Shown here: piece by piece, positions 61,774 through 64,000 of the stretch
How positions within the stretch are numbered: position 1 is the first letter of the stretch
Layout of the letters: the number at the start of each line of letters is the position of its first letter
The notes under the pieces: model-generated
Seen by the model: the letters and a program-made list of their open reading frames with translations, nothing else
Database searches by the model: none
What the model was told of the DNA's origin: nothing
Assembly (NCBI GenBank): GCA_965219345.1
Contig: OZ244732.1
Location: 1,408,001 to 1,472,000, forward strand
Source of the DNA: Nitrosopumilus sp.
GTDB taxonomy: Archaea > Thermoproteota > Nitrososphaeria > Nitrososphaerales > Nitrosopumilaceae
Length of the DNA stretch: 64,000 bases
Direction of reading: 5' to 3'
Made by a program: the position numbers and the translations under genes

Positions 61774-64000
61774 CTAACTCCAAAAGAATTCGTCTAAGCC
61801 TGTTTGTTTTGGCTTTCCCAAAATTGTATCAAAGTCCAAGTCCATAGATGAAGTTATCTGCTCTAGTGTTGATTCCAAAAACTCCATGTACTTTTTAGAA
61901 TCAATCTCTTCTTTTTTTGCCATCTCTGCTGGCTTTACTCCTGGTTTATTTAGAATTTTGATATATGAAATAATATCTCCTTTCTTAACTTCTCTAATTG
62001 TTTCTAACTGCTTTGCCGCTCTAATGTGTTGAGGAATTGTCTTTGTATATTCAGATACAGCTTTGTTAAGCATTATATTGAATGTTAGATCTTCTATTGG
62101 TATTTCTTTTGCTTCTACTTTTTTACCACAGATTGCAATCTTATCTGAGATTTCTGTTTTTGCATTATTGAAATCCTCCATTGTTTGAACTTTGGATAGC
62201 ACATCAAGCAAGTCATAAAACAATTTTTTGATAAATGGTGGGGTGTGTGACTTTTTCCCCGTAAGTCCTTTAACATCTACTTTTCCTTCCTTTGTTACGC
62301 CAAGATAGTTTTTCTTCCTATTGCTTAATACACAATACCTGTATGTTTTTTCAATCTCTAAATCTACTCCGTGGTCTTTCTTTGCCTGCACTATTACTTG
62401 TTGAATCTGTTCTTTAGTTGGTTTTTTGATAAATAACGAATCTGTATCTCCATACAGAACTTCAATTCCTGTTTCCTCACATTTTTTGATTGTCTCTAAA
62501 ATTGTATGTCTACCAATTGCAGTTGTTGCCTCTGCTGCTGGAAGAAAATATAATGGAAAAATCTCTGCGCCCATAACCCCATAACTTGCATTTAGAATCA
62601 CCTTGAGTGCTTGGCTTACTACTGTATATTGCTGTCTTTGTTCCTCAGTTAATGTCTCTTTTTTGGACAGACTCTTGTAGTAATTTACTCGCAAGTCCCT
62701 TAGTGAACCAATAATCATTGATGTTAGTCCATTTTTCTTTGAGCATGCCCAATGATTTGTTTGTGGAATTGTATTTTTCTTACATTCCTCATGAGAGCAT
62801 CTTACTGTTTCATATGATATGTTTCTAACTTTGATAATGCTTGGATACAGACTTGCAAAATCCATTACAACTACGTCAAAATGAATTCCTTCCTTGGGTT
62901 CAATGACAAGTCCTCCTCTGAATTTTTTATCTTTTATTACTGCGTCTGATAGAACTCCTTCAGATCTTCTTTCAAGCTCTTCTCTTTTTGGAATTAAACA
63001 ATTTCTTTTTCTGTGTTCATAATACAACAAACTTCTAATCCATTGTGATACCCCCATTCTTGCAATATCATCAATTGGCATTCTTCCAATCCTTGCAATA
63101 ATCACAAGCAAGTCCATTAACACATTATTATTGAAACTTGTAAGCTCGTATGTCAGAAGAGCATCATTATAACAATAATTTGCAGTTTGGTAGAGGGTTA
63201 ACTGATCAAATTCTAATCCATAATCAACCTTCTCTTTACCAAGCAAAGCCTTTGAAACACTATTTAGCGAAAAGTTTGTGTATTTTTGACTGAATGCATA
63301 GATTTGAAATGAACGATTTGAAAAAGTTCTATACAAATCAATATGAACTCCTTTTTTTAGCGTCGCAGAATTTCTCATCATATAAAGTGGGTTATTTACA
63401 TTTTTGATTCCAAGTCTCTCTGCTCTGTTGTAAAGATATGGCAAATCAAATTCATCTCCATTATATGTGACAACAAATGGAAACTCTTGGATAATATCAA
63501 ATGCATCTTGTATCATCTCTTTTTCTTTATCTAAATCATAGAGTGTAATCTTGATATTTTGACCTAATTCGTTTGTTCCTTCTTCTGTTCCCTCTGTTTT
63601 GAGCACAAAAATCTGGTCAAACTCATCAGAACCTTTGAGTCCAATTGCAGTTACTTTTTTCTCTGCAATTTTAGGATCTGGAATCCTTCCAACTTCTGCT
63701 TCTACTTCAATGTCAACACTAAGTCTTTTTATTTTTGGAATTGGTTGGTTTAGTAAATCGGCCCACTCAGAAACAAATTTCTTGAATTGTTCGGCATCAA
63801 CCATACTTTCGCTATCTACTTTATCCCACAACAAACTCTTCAATGCAAGTTTAACTTCATCAGAAATTTCTAAATCATGTTGTTTTATTTTTCCATCTTT
63901 AACTTCATAATATTTTCCAACGATTAATTTTCTGTCATAAAGATAGTTTTCATAATATTTGATGTCAGATTCCCAAGTTTCAATTATGTTTCTAATACTT
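61774..64000 (-). CDS. polB: Family B DNA polymerase, 5' end outside the window
   Basis: DIE, YNGD.FD, DFASLYPS, K...NASYG, YGDTDS; the frame stays open to the window edge. Confidence 0.96.
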   Translation of the reverse strand, partial: SIRNIIETWESDIKYYENYLYDRKLIVGKYYEVKDGKIKQHDLEISDEVKLALKSLLWDKVDSESMVDAEQFKKFVSEWADLLNQPIPKIKRLSVDIEVEAEVGRIPDPKIAEKKVTAIGLKGSDEFDQIFVLKTEGTEEGTNELGQNIKITLYDLDKEKEMIQDAFDIIQEFPFVVTYNGDEFDLPYLYNRAERLGIKNVNNPLYMMRNSATLKKGVHIDLYRTFSNRSFQIYAFSQKYTNFSLNSVSKALLGKEKVDYGLEFDQLTLYQTANYCYNDALLTYELTSFNNNVLMDLLVIIARIGRMPIDDIARMGVSQWIRSLLYYEHRKRNCLIPKREELERRSEGVLSDAVIKDKKFRGGLVIEPKEGIHFDVVVMDFASLYPSIIKVRNISYETVRCSHEECKKNTIPQTNHWACSKKNGLTSMIIGSLRDLRVNYYKSLSKKETLTEEQRQQYTVVSQALKVILNASYGVMGAEIFPLYFLPAAEATTAIGRHTILETIKKCEETGIEVLYGDTDSLFIKKPTKEQIQQVIVQAKKDHGVDLEIEKTYRYCVLSNRKKNYLGVTKEGKVDVKGLTGKKSHTPPFIKKLFYDLLDVLSKVQTMEDFNNAKTEISDKIAICGKKVEAKEIPIEDLTFNIMLNKAVSEYTKTIPQHIRAAKQLETIREVKKGDIISYIKILNKPGVKPAEMAKKEEIDSKKYMEFLESTLEQITSSMDLDFDTILGKPKQTGLDEFFWS

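Overview
AT-rich chromosomal window from an ammonia-oxidising archaeon (Nitrosopumilaceae/Thaumarchaeota). The many IS remnants, pseudogenes and giant adhesin-like proteins suggest a host-associated lineage such as a sponge symbiont, but that is inference. Intact housekeeping genes (cysS, nadE, ahcY, metG, ilvC, methylmalonyl-CoA mutase subunits, meaB, mce, M1 aminopeptidase, ppdK, tpiA, polB) are interrupted by three accessory blocks. (1) About 5.9-19.4 kb holds IS630 remnants and a 3361-aa secreted multi-domain protease/adhesin with a partly duplicated upstream paralog. (2) About 22.6-44.9 kb is an island built from nested IS6-family ends, with decayed defence cargo (Fic, MTase-HNH, TIR, HEPN, kinase), a tRNA-like gene, and four mosaic paralogs of a ~450-aa secreted protein. 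Each paralog has a variable-length poly(C) tract between a TATA-like box and its start codon. One paralog sits in an IS6-bounded unit flanked by an 8-bp target duplication, and the empty target site is also present in the window. (3) About 52.5-57.0 kb holds a CAP protein, a 2H phosphoesterase split at a G9 tract, an IS481 with a 15-bp TSD, and a structured repeat. The best candidate for a new system is this IS6-mobilised, promoter-phase-variable, recombination-diversified surface-protein family. Everything was read by eye; no searches or alignments were run.
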